From positions 45,985 through 109,984 of IMG/VR virus record IMGVR_UViG_3300044956_000431: a stretch of 64,000 nt of DNA, one strand, 5' to 3'. Shown in pieces: positions 1 through 9,992 of this stretch. This DNA is from a virus. The notes beneath the pieces were generated by a model that had not been told where the DNA came from, did no database searches, and worked only from the letters and a program-made list of their open reading frames with translations. The position numbers and the translations under genes were made by a program. Positions within the stretch are counted from its first letter, which is position 1, and each line of letters starts with the position of its first letter.

Positions 1-408
1 AGGAGTAAATCTTCCAAAAAAGCCCCCAAACATCCTGGCGTTGGGATCTCGAATGCATTTGTCAACCTTAATGTCTCTGAGCGCCTGTGTTAAACTTGTG
101 CTAGGTCTCGTTATCACCGTAGCCCAGGGAGTTTCAAACAGTGGAACATGATCGTAGGTATCCAACACAAGTCTGTGTTTGGGCAGTGACATCGTAGTAG
201 CTACATGTTCTAACACACGATCAAATGCTACCATCCTAAAAGGTTCTGTTTCGTGAGACAAGAATCTCACGGTGCGGGTACTGATAGTGTCGCTGAGCTG
301 ATAGAGAGTCCTATACAGTTCTGGTAAATGATGCACATATCCGTCATGTTTGATATAATCGGTTAGACGTACAATCACTTCATTGTCTGTGACGTTTACA
401 CAATCCAT
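1..408 (-). CDS. Hypothetical protein, truncated by the window edge
   Basis: ATG at 408 abuts the iscU stop; the frame MDCVNVTDNEVIVRLTDYIK...FGGFFGRFTP stays open to position 1. Confidence 0.7.
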   Translation of the reverse strand, partial: MDCVNVTDNEVIVRLTDYIKHDGYVHHLPELYRTLYQLSDTISTRTVRFLSHETEPFRMVAFDRVLEHVATTMSLPKHRLVLDTYDHVPLFETPWATVITRPSTSLTQALRDIKVDKCIRDPNARMFGGFFGRFTP

Positions 409-795
409 TTAGGCCTGATGTTTTTTACGATAATCGTCTACTGCGGCCTTGATAGCATCCTCGGCCAGGATTGAACAATGTATCTTTACTGGTGGAAGTG
501 CTAGTTCTTCTGCAATGGCTGAGTTTTTGATTGAACTGGCTTGGTCGAGAGTTTTACCTTTGACCCACTCTGTGACCAGACTTGAGCTTGCGATAGCCGA
601 TCCGCAGCCATACGTTTTAAATTTCGCATCTGTAATAATACCTGTAGCATCATCTACCTTTATCTGTAGTTTCATTACATCCCCGCAAGCAGGTGCTCCA
701 ACCATACCAGTACCAACGGTAGGATCAGACTTATCAAGACTACCAACATTACGGGGGTTTTCATAGTGATCTACGACCATATTGCTGTACGCCAT
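409..795 (-). CDS. iscU: Fe-S cluster scaffold protein IscU
   Basis: DHYENPRNVG, GAPACGD, FKTYGCGSAIASSS and LPPVKIHC motifs with all three Cys; AAGGAGG RBS upstream. Confidence 0.97.
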   Translation of the reverse strand: MAYSNMVVDHYENPRNVGSLDKSDPTVGTGMVGAPACGDVMKLQIKVDDATGIITDAKFKTYGCGSAIASSSLVTEWVKGKTLDQASSIKNSAIAEELALPPVKIHCSILAEDAIKAAVDDYRKKHQA

Positions 796-827
796 AAGAA
801 CCTCCTTTTGTTATTATACTAGATTAT

Positions 828-1163
828 TTACTTTAGGTCAATGGCACGTTTGGCCATTTGGTTCACGGTTTTACGGGCTTGATCCACACTCATTTTTTGA
901 TTGCTGGCATCTGGAGTTTTAGAACCTTTCCAAATAATCTCGCCGTTTTGAATAGAGTCAATGACATTGTTGAGCGGTGGTTGTACTGCCAAGGTTTCCA
1001 GGCGTTCGGCTGTCATGTTGATACCATTCTCGTGAGCAAGACTGATAAATGCATCCACATTCATGGGTTTGATTGCGTCTGTATCTTGAGCCCGCTTGAG
1101 TAAAAAATGGCCTATGGCGGCCAGTTTTGTTGAGTCTGGATCCCGGAACTCTCGGATCAACAT
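828..1163 (-). CDS. Hypothetical phage protein
   Basis: ORF 828-1235; likely start MLIREF at 1163, just after the upstream gene's stop. Confidence 0.7.
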   Translation of the reverse strand: MLIREFRDPDSTKLAAIGHFLLKRAQDTDAIKPMNVDAFISLAHENGINMTAERLETLAVQPPLNNVIDSIQNGEIIWKGSKTPDASNQKMSVDQARKTVNQMAKRAIDLK

Positions 1164-1164
1164 A

Positions 1165-2163
1165 TTATCTACGCTCTCGGCCCAGGGCCTTGGCAGGGAT
1201 TTCTTCGCTGTCTTCTGGTGGAAGATTAGCATCAAGATCTAAATCTGCACTCATGTCTACTTCGCCAGTGTCAGCACCGGATACATTGCCTCCTGGAAGG
1301 GTAGGTGCGTCGGCATCAGCATCTTGTCCTGGCACCACTGGGGCTTGGCCTGTAAGTACACCTTGTGCGGTTTCCAGCTGGGTTTTGGAACCCTGAAGTC
1401 CCTGGATGAGACCTTGTAGTGCGGTTGTGACGTCATTGTTAAACTGTTGTGCTTGATCCATGCCAACATCGTTGCGGATAGAATCTACAAGAGCAGGAAG
1501 ATCTTTGAACTGCATGGCCGAAACTTGTTCGATCATTTTCTGGATCTGATCAACCATGTCTTGAGCGGCCAGAACAACTTGTGCTTGTTGTAACTCGCTG
1601 GCTTCGCGCAGTCTGCGTCCACGATGTTTTTTGCTTTCTGCGGCAGTGGCTTTTTTCAACATCTGCTGCAGACGTGACGCTGTAGCTGGATCGCTCATGG
1701 CTTTTTGTAACCCACCTAGTTGTGTGCCGAGTGCGGTACGTTGTCTAGGATCTAGTATTTTGCCTGCCACTGCTGTATCAATGGCTTTGCCAAGTAAATT
1801 GGCCTGAGCACCTTGTCCTGTGGCAGCGGCAACTTTTCTAACTCCAGCGGCTGCGGCTGCGGCTTGCTTGGGGTCTTGTTGCGCCATGGCCATGCCTGGT
1901 GCGGCGCCTGGTTGTGATTCTTTTACGCGGCTTTCAAGAGCACGTTCCATTACCACTAGTTTGAGATAAGCTGGATTGCGCTCACTGCGATGAAACTCAG
2001 AAGTTTCGCGATATTCGCGTATCAATCCCCGTACACGTTTGAGCATGGTCTGTGCCTGACCAGGTGTCATAGTATCAATGGCCAAATTCTGACCAAAGTG
2101 GCTTTCAAAGACTTCCAGGCTTTGTTGTGTTTTGGTTTTTGATTCCAATTCTTGCAGTTTCAT
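1165..2163 (-). CDS. Hypothetical coiled-coil protein, probably head-associated
   Basis: Start MKLQELE with GAGGA RBS and TAAATA upstream; several L/V-x-E motifs; acidic C-terminus. Confidence 0.7.
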   Translation of the reverse strand: MKLQELESKTKTQQSLEVFESHFGQNLAIDTMTPGQAQTMLKRVRGLIREYRETSEFHRSERNPAYLKLVVMERALESRVKESQPGAAPGMAMAQQDPKQAAAAAAGVRKVAAATGQGAQANLLGKAIDTAVAGKILDPRQRTALGTQLGGLQKAMSDPATASRLQQMLKKATAAESKKHRGRRLREASELQQAQVVLAAQDMVDQIQKMIEQVSAMQFKDLPALVDSIRNDVGMDQAQQFNNDVTTALQGLIQGLQGSKTQLETAQGVLTGQAPVVPGQDADADAPTLPGGNVSGADTGEVDMSADLDLDANLPPEDSEEIPAKALGRERR

Positions 2164-2590
2164 CGTTGAATCCTCTTTGTTGCCAGTATTTAGCACGATT
2201 TAAACATTCTTCGAGATGTTTTTGAGCGTATTTTAGGCGTGCCTGGCTTTCCCATAACCTATCGCTGACCACGGATTTTCTTATAGCATCTTCGCTGTGC
2301 TCTAGCGTGTATCTATAATGAGCTATTTCGTTTTGGCGTCGCTCTATTTCCTGGTCCAGCATTAGCAGTTGGTGTGCCAATGTGTCTTTACCATACTTGT
2401 CCGCCACACACCAACTGAGAGCTACCTTGCCGGAGCTGGGTTCAGCAGCCAAAGTAGCACTGCGATATACCTGATATCCAGTGGTATTCTTCGTTATTGT
2501 ATATTTGCCAAACGCTCGTATTGCATCATACAAGCGTATGATAGCGTTGGGATTGTTTAATAGATGATCTCGGGTAAGGCGTTCCAGCAT
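2105..2590 (-). CDS. Hypothetical phage protein
   Basis: 3' part of ORF 2105-2914; its 5' part overlaps the 2611-2871 gene, so the start is placed at MLERLT. Confidence 0.6.
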   Translation of the reverse strand: MLERLTRDHLLNNPNAIIRLYDAIRAFGKYTITKNTTGYQVYRSATLAAEPSSGKVALSWCVADKYGKDTLAHQLLMLDQEIERRQNEIAHYRYTLEHSEDAIRKSVVSDRLWESQARLKYAQKHLEECLNRAKYWQQRGFNDETARIGIKNQNTTKPGSL

Positions 2591-2610
2591 GAGCTGGGTC
2601 TGGCGTTCGC

Positions 2611-2871
2611 TTACTTTAAGACGTAGTGTGTGAGAAACCAGCCTATTATCCCTGCTAGGAACACTATGATCCCGATCCCCCAGTTGATCAGTCGATCCGT
2701 GTGCTTGTCGCTCATTTTTTGCATCATGCCATGGATCTCTTGAATCACTGTGTTGAGATTTATCATGTTTTGTTCTACGTTTTCCAGCTTCTCTTCCAGA
2801 TACTTGTACCTCTGGGCGCATAGTTCCACGTGAGTTTCTAGACTTTTCTTTTCGATGTCCGTTGTTTCCAT
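2611..2871 (-). CDS. Small coiled-coil protein with a C-terminal transmembrane helix (holin/XhlA-like architecture)
   Basis: HVELCAQRY, a coiled coil, then hydrophobic WGIGIIVFLAGIIGWFL; AGGA RBS. Confidence 0.6.
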   Translation of the reverse strand: METTDIEKKSLETHVELCAQRYKYLEEKLENVEQNMINLNTVIQEIHGMMQKMSDKHTDRLINWGIGIIVFLAGIIGWFLTHYVLK

Positions 2872-2894
2872 TGGGGTCTTTCCTGGTTGACTGT

Positions 2895-3371
2895 TTATTT
2901 ATTTGTTTTGGCATAATAAATGATATTAATGTTAGGGCCTTGTGTTTTAATCCAAGGTTCCATTTTTGCTGTTTCTGTTAATCCTAATAGTATAGGAGTA
3001 AGTTCGCTGTCGGCTTTTAAAATACAAAAATTGTCTCCGTCCACAGTCCATTGTGATTGAGGTTCTATTTCAAATGTAAATCTCCATACCCGACTCTCAG
3101 TGCCTGCCCATGCAAACTCTGGTGGTATGTCGGAAGTGATTTCAGATTTAGAGATTTCAAATACTTGTGTTCGCATACCCAATAACTGCAATACAGTATC
3201 TAAGTTGCGTTGTTGATTTCTAGCTTGCGCCAAGTCTCGAGGGTTGTTGATCTCAACCCCACTACGACTGACATAAGGATATTCTACGTTGCGTTGATGT
3301 CCATTTACGGCTGTAGATGTGATATCAAACAAGCACCAACATTCAACCTTTTGCAGGGTACTTGAGTTCAT
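2895..3371 (-). CDS. Hypothetical phage protein
   Basis: 158-aa ORF in operon context. Confidence 0.65.
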   Translation of the reverse strand: MNSSTLQKVECWCLFDITSTAVNGHQRNVEYPYVSRSGVEINNPRDLAQARNQQRNLDTVLQLLGMRTQVFEISKSEITSDIPPEFAWAGTESRVWRFTFEIEPQSQWTVDGDNFCILKADSELTPILLGLTETAKMEPWIKTQGPNINIIYYAKTNK

Positions 3372-3585
3372 AATATACTCGGACCTGATCTAACATTTCT
3401 TTGAGCGCAGGATCATTTAAACTAGCACGACGAATATCACCCCAGAGTTTATCTTCTTTTAACCTGTTGAGTTGGTCTTGAGTTTCTCTATCCACTGAGA
3501 CTAGTTCTCTATCTTGTTTGCCCACGTACCGACGATATACAGTGTGTCCACCATCGGGGCTTTCAAAAACATATTCTCCGCTCAT
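3343..3585 (-). CDS. Hypothetical phage protein (FESPDGGxTVY motif)
   Basis: 80-aa ORF with TAAATA 5 nt upstream. Confidence 0.7.
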   Translation of the reverse strand: MSGEYVFESPDGGHTVYRRYVGKQDRELVSVDRETQDQLNRLKEDKLWGDIRRASLNDPALKEMLDQVRVYYELKYPAKG

Positions 3586-3602
3586 GCAGGTATTTAAGCC
3601 GT

Positions 3603-3636
3603 AAAAAAAACCCTAGTTAAAGAACTAGGGCTTTTT
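3603..3636. terminator. Rho-independent terminator, possibly bidirectional
   Basis: A-tract, CCCTAGTT-aaag-AACTAGGG stem-loop, T-tract. Confidence 0.8.
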
Positions 3637-3655
3637 AGGTCTGATCTAACTGCTA

Positions 3656-4039
3656 TTAAGCGGCTAGTTTGAAACCGTTTGCTGTTGCGCTGTCCAACTG
3701 GAAACCAGTGTAAGTGATGTTAGCGGCTGCCAAGAAAGCGGCTGCGTCTTCAAATGCTTTGGTTGGGTACACAGCAACAGAAAGTGCTGTGTTGTCAACT
3801 TGGTACATAGCTACTGTAGCTGTTTGCGAGATCGCTTGGATCACGTTTGCAACATACTCTGCAACACCGCCTTCACCGTTGATGCTAGTGTTAGCAACTG
3901 CACGGAAGAAGTCAAGTTTAGGACCTTGTGGTTGTACAGGAACGCCTGCCAACGAAGTTGAAGGTGCAACTGGACCGTTTTGTGTGTCTAGCGCGAATAC
4001 TGGTTGTGAATCACCATTGACTCTTGTAAATTGTGCCAT
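3656..4039 (-). CDS. Small probable virion structural protein
   Basis: MAQFTRVNG start, Ala/Val/Thr-rich, AGGAG RBS, own TATAAATA promoter and terminator. Confidence 0.65.
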   Translation of the reverse strand: MAQFTRVNGDSQPVFALDTQNGPVAPSTSLAGVPVQPQGPKLDFFRAVANTSINGEGGVAEYVANVIQAISQTATVAMYQVDNTALSVAVYPTKAFEDAAAFLAAANITYTGFQLDSATANGFKLAA

Positions 4040-4110
4040 TTCAAATCTCCTTGATATGTGACCTCATTGGGTCTACTTTTATTTATACCAAAATGGAGAA
4101 ATCGGCAGTA

Positions 4111-5964
4111 TCAGTCCAGATCAGGATTATTGCGGACAAAGTTTGCCTGGCTAAAACGCATGCGATCAACGTATTTCATGCCCTGCCCTACATAACCTTC
4201 GTGTCCAGGTTCTCCGTTGATTGATGCTTGTACATCGTGTGCTTGTGCATCTAGTTGACGCACTAACTCATTTTTAAGACTGCTTAGATCTAAGAATGCT
4301 TGAAACACAGCGGCCAGGGCTGCTTTGTTTTCGTTGGCCCATTCAAAAATACGCAGTGCTTTAGTGGATTCCTTGGCTTGTACCCAAGGCCCAAACCCGG
4401 CCAACAAATCATTGAAGTTTCCTTCTCGAACACGGCTATTGATATATGCCTTCATTAACTGTGGAAGGTTGCTGATTTTCCTAGCTCTGAGCTCTTGAGG
4501 GTTAAAGAGCTGGTCAATGGCCGCACCTTGTGCTGTGGCTATCTTTTTTAGATTTGCCACAGTGCTGGCGTTGAGTTTGATATTTCTAGGTTCTTTAAGG
4601 CTGGGGTCAAGAATCAACAAGCCCGGCACTGGTTTGAGCGCGGCTGCTCGTATGGGCTGAGGTTGTGCGCCAGGCGCTTCTAACGAAGTGTGTATTACTA
4701 CAGCGGCTTCGCTCTTGCCAACCTGCTGGCCCAAGGACGAGTCTGCAGGAATAGAATATGTCACAGTGTTGGGTTGGAAAACATAGGAACCGTTGACTAG
4801 CTGTGGTGTTTGACTGTACAACAAATCGCCCTGAATATATCCGCGGAAGTCTGGCGGTACAGCGGCCCTTAGTAGTGGAAATAGCTTTTGGTACAGTGCT
4901 ACAAGTTCACCACGCTCGCCACCACGTTGAGCCATGATCTGTGCGATCTGTTGCGGGCTAGTGGCCAGGCCATCATAGCCTTTGGCTAAAAATCCACTTT
5001 TGTCTGTGAGCACAAAATCACCGTTGGGTTTGCGACCAAATATAATAGCTGGCTTGCCATCCCATTTCACTGTGGCAGTGTTGGGTTCACGTGCTGTGTT
5101 GACAATACCTGTGATGGCTTGTTGTATGCCGCGACTGCCCATGTCAAATACCATGTCTTCAGGATGCTCAATACGCACACCCTCCATGATCATAATCATG
5201 CCTTGGTTCACAATACGATCACGCAGGCGTGCCAAGAAGTGTACGTCATTTTCTGCCACAGGTGCATCAGGATCAGTCAGGCCTTCACGTGCTAGATATT
5301 CTCTGAAGTCAGCCAGTTTGGCATCACGCTGTGGGTCTCGGGCCAGGGCCGCATAAATGCTTTCTACGTTTTTTAAGTTTTCCCGAGTGGACTTTTTGCC
5401 CAACAATGCCTGTGCCACATAATCAGGATCTAAACCGCCGTCGACTAGTTCATTGGTAGTTCTGCTGAACATGCCATTGGCGCCAACTTTGAGTCCTAGA
5501 TACTTGGCTATGGAGCTCATCAATACATTGCGTACCATGACTTTGTATGCACTGTTTTCGCCACCAGCATAAAAGAATGTGCCCCAATCTAAGTTAGGGA
5601 AAAACATAAAGTCTGTTTGAACAAACCCACGTTTTGGGTCGCCAGCAATGGGTGTGCGCAAATGAACTTCGCCACTCTTTTTGACCCATAACTTTGGATC
5701 TTCACCGTGGCTTTGCGCCCACTGAATAAGTTTGGCTGCCAGTTGATCCTTGCTAACTTCATTGACATCAACTGCCATATCTAAATCGCCTGATGTTGTG
5801 TCTCGCCCTGTGGAACCTAGCCAGCGTTCTCGAGGAAAATCTATACCTGTGAGTTGCTCCAGCCACATCACAGTGGCAGGAACATCGCTTTGATTGATAC
5901 GTTGTGTGAGTGGGTTGCCGTCTTTGTCTTTGAAGACGTTGCCACCTTCAAATAGTTGCCGCAC
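4111..5964 (-). CDS. Two-domain protein: Pol-beta-like nucleotidyltransferase plus a KxDG ligase-like domain (DUF6267-like)
   Basis: N-terminal LGSTG...SGDLDMAVD...VQTDF; C-terminal EHPED...TVKWDGKPAIIFG...IQGDLL; probable GTG start at 5964. Confidence 0.65.
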   Translation of the reverse strand: MRQLFEGGNVFKDKDGNPLTQRINQSDVPATVMWLEQLTGIDFPRERWLGSTGRDTTSGDLDMAVDVNEVSKDQLAAKLIQWAQSHGEDPKLWVKKSGEVHLRTPIAGDPKRGFVQTDFMFFPNLDWGTFFYAGGENSAYKVMVRNVLMSSIAKYLGLKVGANGMFSRTTNELVDGGLDPDYVAQALLGKKSTRENLKNVESIYAALARDPQRDAKLADFREYLAREGLTDPDAPVAENDVHFLARLRDRIVNQGMIMIMEGVRIEHPEDMVFDMGSRGIQQAITGIVNTAREPNTATVKWDGKPAIIFGRKPNGDFVLTDKSGFLAKGYDGLATSPQQIAQIMAQRGGERGELVALYQKLFPLLRAAVPPDFRGYIQGDLLYSQTPQLVNGSYVFQPNTVTYSIPADSSLGQQVGKSEAAVVIHTSLEAPGAQPQPIRAAALKPVPGLLILDPSLKEPRNIKLNASTVANLKKIATAQGAAIDQLFNPQELRARKISNLPQLMKAYINSRVREGNFNDLLAGFGPWVQAKESTKALRIFEWANENKAALAAVFQAFLDLSSLKNELVRQLDAQAHDVQASINGEPGHEGYVGQGMKYVDRMRFSQANFVRNNPDLD

Positions 5965-6619
5965 CGCTACCACCAATGGTTATAGTGCTACCTGACGCGG
6001 CCGCGGCTTGATCCATGGCCTGTTGTACTAGATCAGAATGTAATGCAGTGTAGGTAGGTACCTCTGCGCCACGAGCATCCACGAAACGTCCTTTGGAGCT
6101 ATCCCAGGTATAAGTTACCTTGCTGGTTTTTCTGCCCACAGTGGTTGTGGTATCTATTTTAGTACCATTGGGTATGACAAACACAGGGTTGGTTTGTGCT
6201 TTGAGATATCCTGGGATAAAATGTTGGGTGAAATAGTTTTTTACTGCTTCAATACTCTGCACAGGTATCAATGTTTTTAATGGTGCGTTGTTAACGTTGA
6301 CCTTGGCTGCTTTTTCTAGCCAGGATCTAAAAAGTCCGCGGTATTCATCATCAGTAAAAGGCTTACCTGCGGCAGCTTCTATTCGTTTTAATTCTTTGTC
6401 CCAGGCCGCTGTCCATGCATTGGCCAGCATACCTGCCTGTTGTTTGGCTTTTTCAGCTCCGACCTTGTCAGACAGATCTTTGTACCATTGAGGAGTTATC
6501 TCACCACGAAATACTGAGAGAGCTTGTTTGATTTTTTGTGCGTTCTGTGCTTGACTGGCCTTGCCTATAGCTCTTAGATCATCAAACACACCTTCATTGA
6601 CTATGTCATTGACTTTCAT
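5948..6619 (-). CDS. Hypothetical protein with a capsid-targeting-like N-terminus
   Basis: 223-aa ORF starting MKVNDIVNEG. Confidence 0.65.
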   Translation of the reverse strand: MKVNDIVNEGVFDDLRAIGKASQAQNAQKIKQALSVFRGEITPQWYKDLSDKVGAEKAKQQAGMLANAWTAAWDKELKRIEAAAGKPFTDDEYRGLFRSWLEKAAKVNVNNAPLKTLIPVQSIEAVKNYFTQHFIPGYLKAQTNPVFVIPNGTKIDTTTTVGRKTSKVTYTWDSSKGRFVDARGAEVPTYTALHSDLVQQAMDQAAAASGSTITIGGSGAATI

Positions 6620-6860
6620 CAGTGCGCCTTACTGTACGGGTAAACTTAGATGCATCGCGCATCTTTATGGCGTTGATCAGTTTGCGCTGTAGATTTTCTG
6701 CTGATTCAGTGTTGTAGGTCTGCTCGATCTGTTCCAAGAGACGGATAGCACTGGCAATGATATTGCTGGCGCGATTTTCTATCACATGACGTCGATCTCT
6801 CTCGATGTACATAGCATCAAGTTCTTCTAATATACTACGGGTCTTTTTTTGCATGATCAC
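6606..6860 (-). CDS. Hypothetical phage protein
   Basis: 84-aa ORF with TAAATA upstream. Confidence 0.7.
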   Translation of the reverse strand: MIMQKKTRSILEELDAMYIERDRRHVIENRASNIIASAIRLLEQIEQTYNTESAENLQRKLINAIKMRDASKFTRTVRRTDESQ

Positions 6861-6878
6861 AAAGCCTTTGTTTTATAT

Positions 6879-7886
6879 TTATTGGCTTTGTCCACAAACG
6901 TCATTGCAAATAACCAAGCGGCCCTGCTCAAAGGTAGATATTTTCCAGGATTTTTCCACGGTTACGAACCAGTCTATGCAGGATTCCAAATCATTTTCTA
7001 GAGCATTGTTGTTTTTTAATATAGATTTAACTTGTTTATTGGCTGCTTGATGGTAGTTGCCGTGCCCATAAGTGCTGGGATTGAATCCTAAAAAACAACA
7101 AGGGTAAACATCGCCAGTACTGCTGACATAAACTGATTTGTTTTTTTGTATTTGACAAGCGATGGGCTTAGGGGCCCGACTGGGAGTTATATCTTCCAAT
7201 AGCACTTCGTCAGTTTTTCTGCTGTCAAACAATATTTTAAACTCTGTTTGTTTAGGAGTACCAATCACATGAGTTAGTTCACCGCGAGAGTTGTAAACAG
7301 GTGTCTGATCTCTACCGTGATTTACCAACCGAAACTCTTGAAATCCTAGCTCTTGTGCCAACTCACGGGCCTGGCCCCATTGGTGCTGATTATGTTCAAA
7401 CTCAATCATTTTCCACACAGCATGACCTCCTGCCAAAATAAAAGTTTCAGCATTTTTCATCACAGTGGAATACAAGGTGTTTTGTCTATAGAGACTGTGC
7501 GTGTCCTCAAGCCCATCAATACAGAAAATCACTATAACATTTAACTTGGCCAATGCTTGCCAAAATTTACGATCGCGAGCGCCACCATTGGTGCTGACTG
7601 ATATTTTTATGTTGGAATTTTGTGTTCGGAAATAAGTTAAAATATCAACTGTGTCAAGATTCATCACAGCATCGCCAAAGTTACCATTGACGTAGAGTTG
7701 GTCAAGTTGTGCTATGAAATCAGGGTGAAATATCTTTTGTGCTTCCTCCAAGGTCATGTCATGTTCAACATAACCATCATTATAGGGATATCCGTAAAAG
7801 TTCCTGGGGCACAGTGGGCAGGCGGCATTGCACCTACTGGATATTTCTAAATGAACGTGACGTATCTGATTGAAGCTGTATATCAT
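6879..7886 (-). CDS. Radical SAM protein with a C-terminal SPASM/twitch-like domain
   Basis: CNAACPLC motif, GNFGD, STNG, IDG; C-terminal C...GDVYPCC...CNDVC. Confidence 0.9.
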   Translation of the reverse strand: MIYSFNQIRHVHLEISSRCNAACPLCPRNFYGYPYNDGYVEHDMTLEEAQKIFHPDFIAQLDQLYVNGNFGDAVMNLDTVDILTYFRTQNSNIKISVSTNGGARDRKFWQALAKLNVIVIFCIDGLEDTHSLYRQNTLYSTVMKNAETFILAGGHAVWKMIEFEHNQHQWGQARELAQELGFQEFRLVNHGRDQTPVYNSRGELTHVIGTPKQTEFKILFDSRKTDEVLLEDITPSRAPKPIACQIQKNKSVYVSSTGDVYPCCFLGFNPSTYGHGNYHQAANKQVKSILKNNNALENDLESCIDWFVTVEKSWKISTFEQGRLVICNDVCGQSQ

Positions 7887-9289
7887 CCGTTGGCTTTGAT
7901 ATTGCTTAACATCTTTTTCAACGCAGAGCTTTGTACATCTGCGGATACCTTTAATACTTCGCCGGTTTCTTCATCTAGAGATTCACTGCCACTGACTTGA
8001 CTCTTAGCTTTGATAGATTCATAAATGCTGGGTTTCTTTACAAAGCCTGAACTTTGTTGCTGATCTTCCCCTAGGTCTCTGATGCGCAGACTTTCAATGT
8101 CAAACTCTAAGTCTACCTTTTGTCCAACACCGCTGGAACTACGAGTTTTCATCAGCTGAATCTGATAACGTCCACGCTCACGCATAGCGCGGCTAGTAAA
8201 AATACCAAATACGTTATCCGCAGTATTAATCTTTGAAATACCACCTGAAATATGTGAGTGATCAAATTCAATCTCCTCTACAGCCGCACGGTTCAACTGC
8301 GATGCTGTGACAAATAGCACATTGAGTTCTTTGGCCAAGTTACGCAGTTCTTCACTCACGTACTTGTCTTTGACAAACAAGTCATTGGGAGATACTTTTG
8401 CGCTGACAGGCATGATCAAGTCCAAGTAGTCAACACACAAAAAGTCCACACGCTTGCCAGTTTTAACTTGTAGTTCTTTAAGATAAGCACGAATGTCGTT
8501 GACTGTGCTTTGTGCTGGCATGTATTTGATTTGCAGTGCGCCCGACTTCTTCTGCATCATTTTGACTTTCATTTCAACTGTGTCAATATCTCGGAAAATC
8601 TCTTTGGCAGACGTATTGGTCATCATAGAATCAATACGCATTGAACACAAACCTTCTGAAAGTTCTAGTGTGATATAACAACCATTGAGTCCGGCCTGTG
8701 CCCAGTTTACAGCCAAGTTCTGCATGAACAAACTCTTGCCTGACCCTGAACCACCAGCAAAGATCTGTAGTTCGCCACGATTGAATCCGCCATATAGTAG
8801 TTGGTCCAACGCAGGCCAACCTGTGGAGTTTTGTCCGTTGTTGTTTTTAAGTGCCATGAGTCGAGCACGTGGATCGTCGAAGTAATCTGTGCCTAAGTCT
8901 TTGGTCAATGATATCTGCACAGCATCTTTGATCAACTTCTCTACAGGATCAAAGTTTCCTTTTTCCAACAAGTCTGCTGATTTAAGAATAGCACGTTCTA
9001 GTTCTTGGCGTCTAGTAAAGCCTTCAAACTCTTCCATGAACCAGTCAAGATGGCCATCATTGAGTTCAGGTATTTCTTCCAAGCTCACACTGGTCACTGC
9101 TCGCACTTGTTTGCGGTCAGGCAATGTTTTGTGTTTGTCTGCATGTTCTTTGATAAACTTTGCGGCACTGCGTAAGCTACGATCAAAGTTTTCGTCGTTG
9201 TAGATATTTTGCACTCGCACAAAACTCTGCGCATCTTGCATCATGATCTCAAGAAACAATCGCTGTACTTCTACTGGGTAATCTTTCAT
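7883..9289 (-). CDS. Replicative DnaB-like helicase (T4 gp41-like)
   Basis: Walker A GGSGSGKS, ITLEL, VDYLDL, TASQLNR, MKTR. Confidence 0.93.
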   Translation of the reverse strand: MKDYPVEVQRLFLEIMMQDAQSFVRVQNIYNDENFDRSLRSAAKFIKEHADKHKTLPDRKQVRAVTSVSLEEIPELNDGHLDWFMEEFEGFTRRQELERAILKSADLLEKGNFDPVEKLIKDAVQISLTKDLGTDYFDDPRARLMALKNNNGQNSTGWPALDQLLYGGFNRGELQIFAGGSGSGKSLFMQNLAVNWAQAGLNGCYITLELSEGLCSMRIDSMMTNTSAKEIFRDIDTVEMKVKMMQKKSGALQIKYMPAQSTVNDIRAYLKELQVKTGKRVDFLCVDYLDLIMPVSAKVSPNDLFVKDKYVSEELRNLAKELNVLFVTASQLNRAAVEEIEFDHSHISGGISKINTADNVFGIFTSRAMRERGRYQIQLMKTRSSSGVGQKVDLEFDIESLRIRDLGEDQQQSSGFVKKPSIYESIKAKSQVSGSESLDEETGEVLKVSADVQSSALKKMLSNIKANG

Positions 9290-9302
9290 GGTGTCTTTCG
9301 TA

Positions 9303-9992
9303 TTACGTATCTATGCGTTCTAATATGAGTTTGACAAGTTTTGCATGAGTATCTGGGCCTGGATGTGCATCCATTGGTGCTTTATCCGTTTGCATGTTGG
9401 CAACACTTTGCCAAGGATTGGCCCATGATTTCCAATCAACTAGTTCAAAGTTATTGACCAGTTGTTGCGCAAAGTTTGCTCGTTGTTCTTTTTTTAGATC
9501 GCACAAAAGATTTTCAAACTCAGTACTCATTGGTAGACTACTGTCAGCCATGTCCGGAGTCATATCAATCCTTCCATTGATAAAAACTACCTTTTTGTTT
9601 TTACACTTGGCTATGTCTTGTATTATACGACAAAAATCTATAAGTTGCATTATATTTCCGTAGTCATGATTTCTTTTCTGAAACTCTGCTACAAATCTCG
9701 TGTCATCCCCACTTTCTAGTGGTGTGCCAATAAATAATCCCGAATCAGGTGTAGGATAAAGCCAATGGCGATGTATTGCCGTCCACTGTACTACAAAAAT
9801 TTCACATTGATTATCAATAAGGGCTTTGCAAGTCCGTAAAAATATTTTAAGATTGCTAGAGCCGCCTTCGGCATCGTTAATCACATCCATCTTTAATGCT
9901 TGGGCCAAAAGATTTGGATAGATCCTAGCATCGACTTGCTCTTGTTCAAATCCTGCACCTGTAGATATGCTACAGCCTCCTATATAAATCAT
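9303..9992 (-). CDS. SGNH/GDSL-like hydrolase or acyltransferase
   Basis: GCSISTG, GSSN and C-terminal DAHPG. Confidence 0.7.
   Translation of the reverse strand: MIYIGGCSISTGAGFEQEQVDARIYPNLLAQALKMDVINDAEGGSSNLKIFLRTCKALIDNQCEIFVVQWTAIHRHWLYPTPDSGLFIGTPLESGDDTRFVAEFQKRNHDYGNIMQLIDFCRIIQDIAKCKNKKVVFINGRIDMTPDMADSSLPMSTEFENLLCDLKKEQRANFAQQLVNNFELVDWKSWANPWQSVANMQTDKAPMDAHPGPDTHAKLVKLILERIDT

Noticed and set aside
2591-2914. N-terminal extension of ORF 2105-2914
   Set aside because: It fully overlaps the better-supported 2611-2871 gene in another frame
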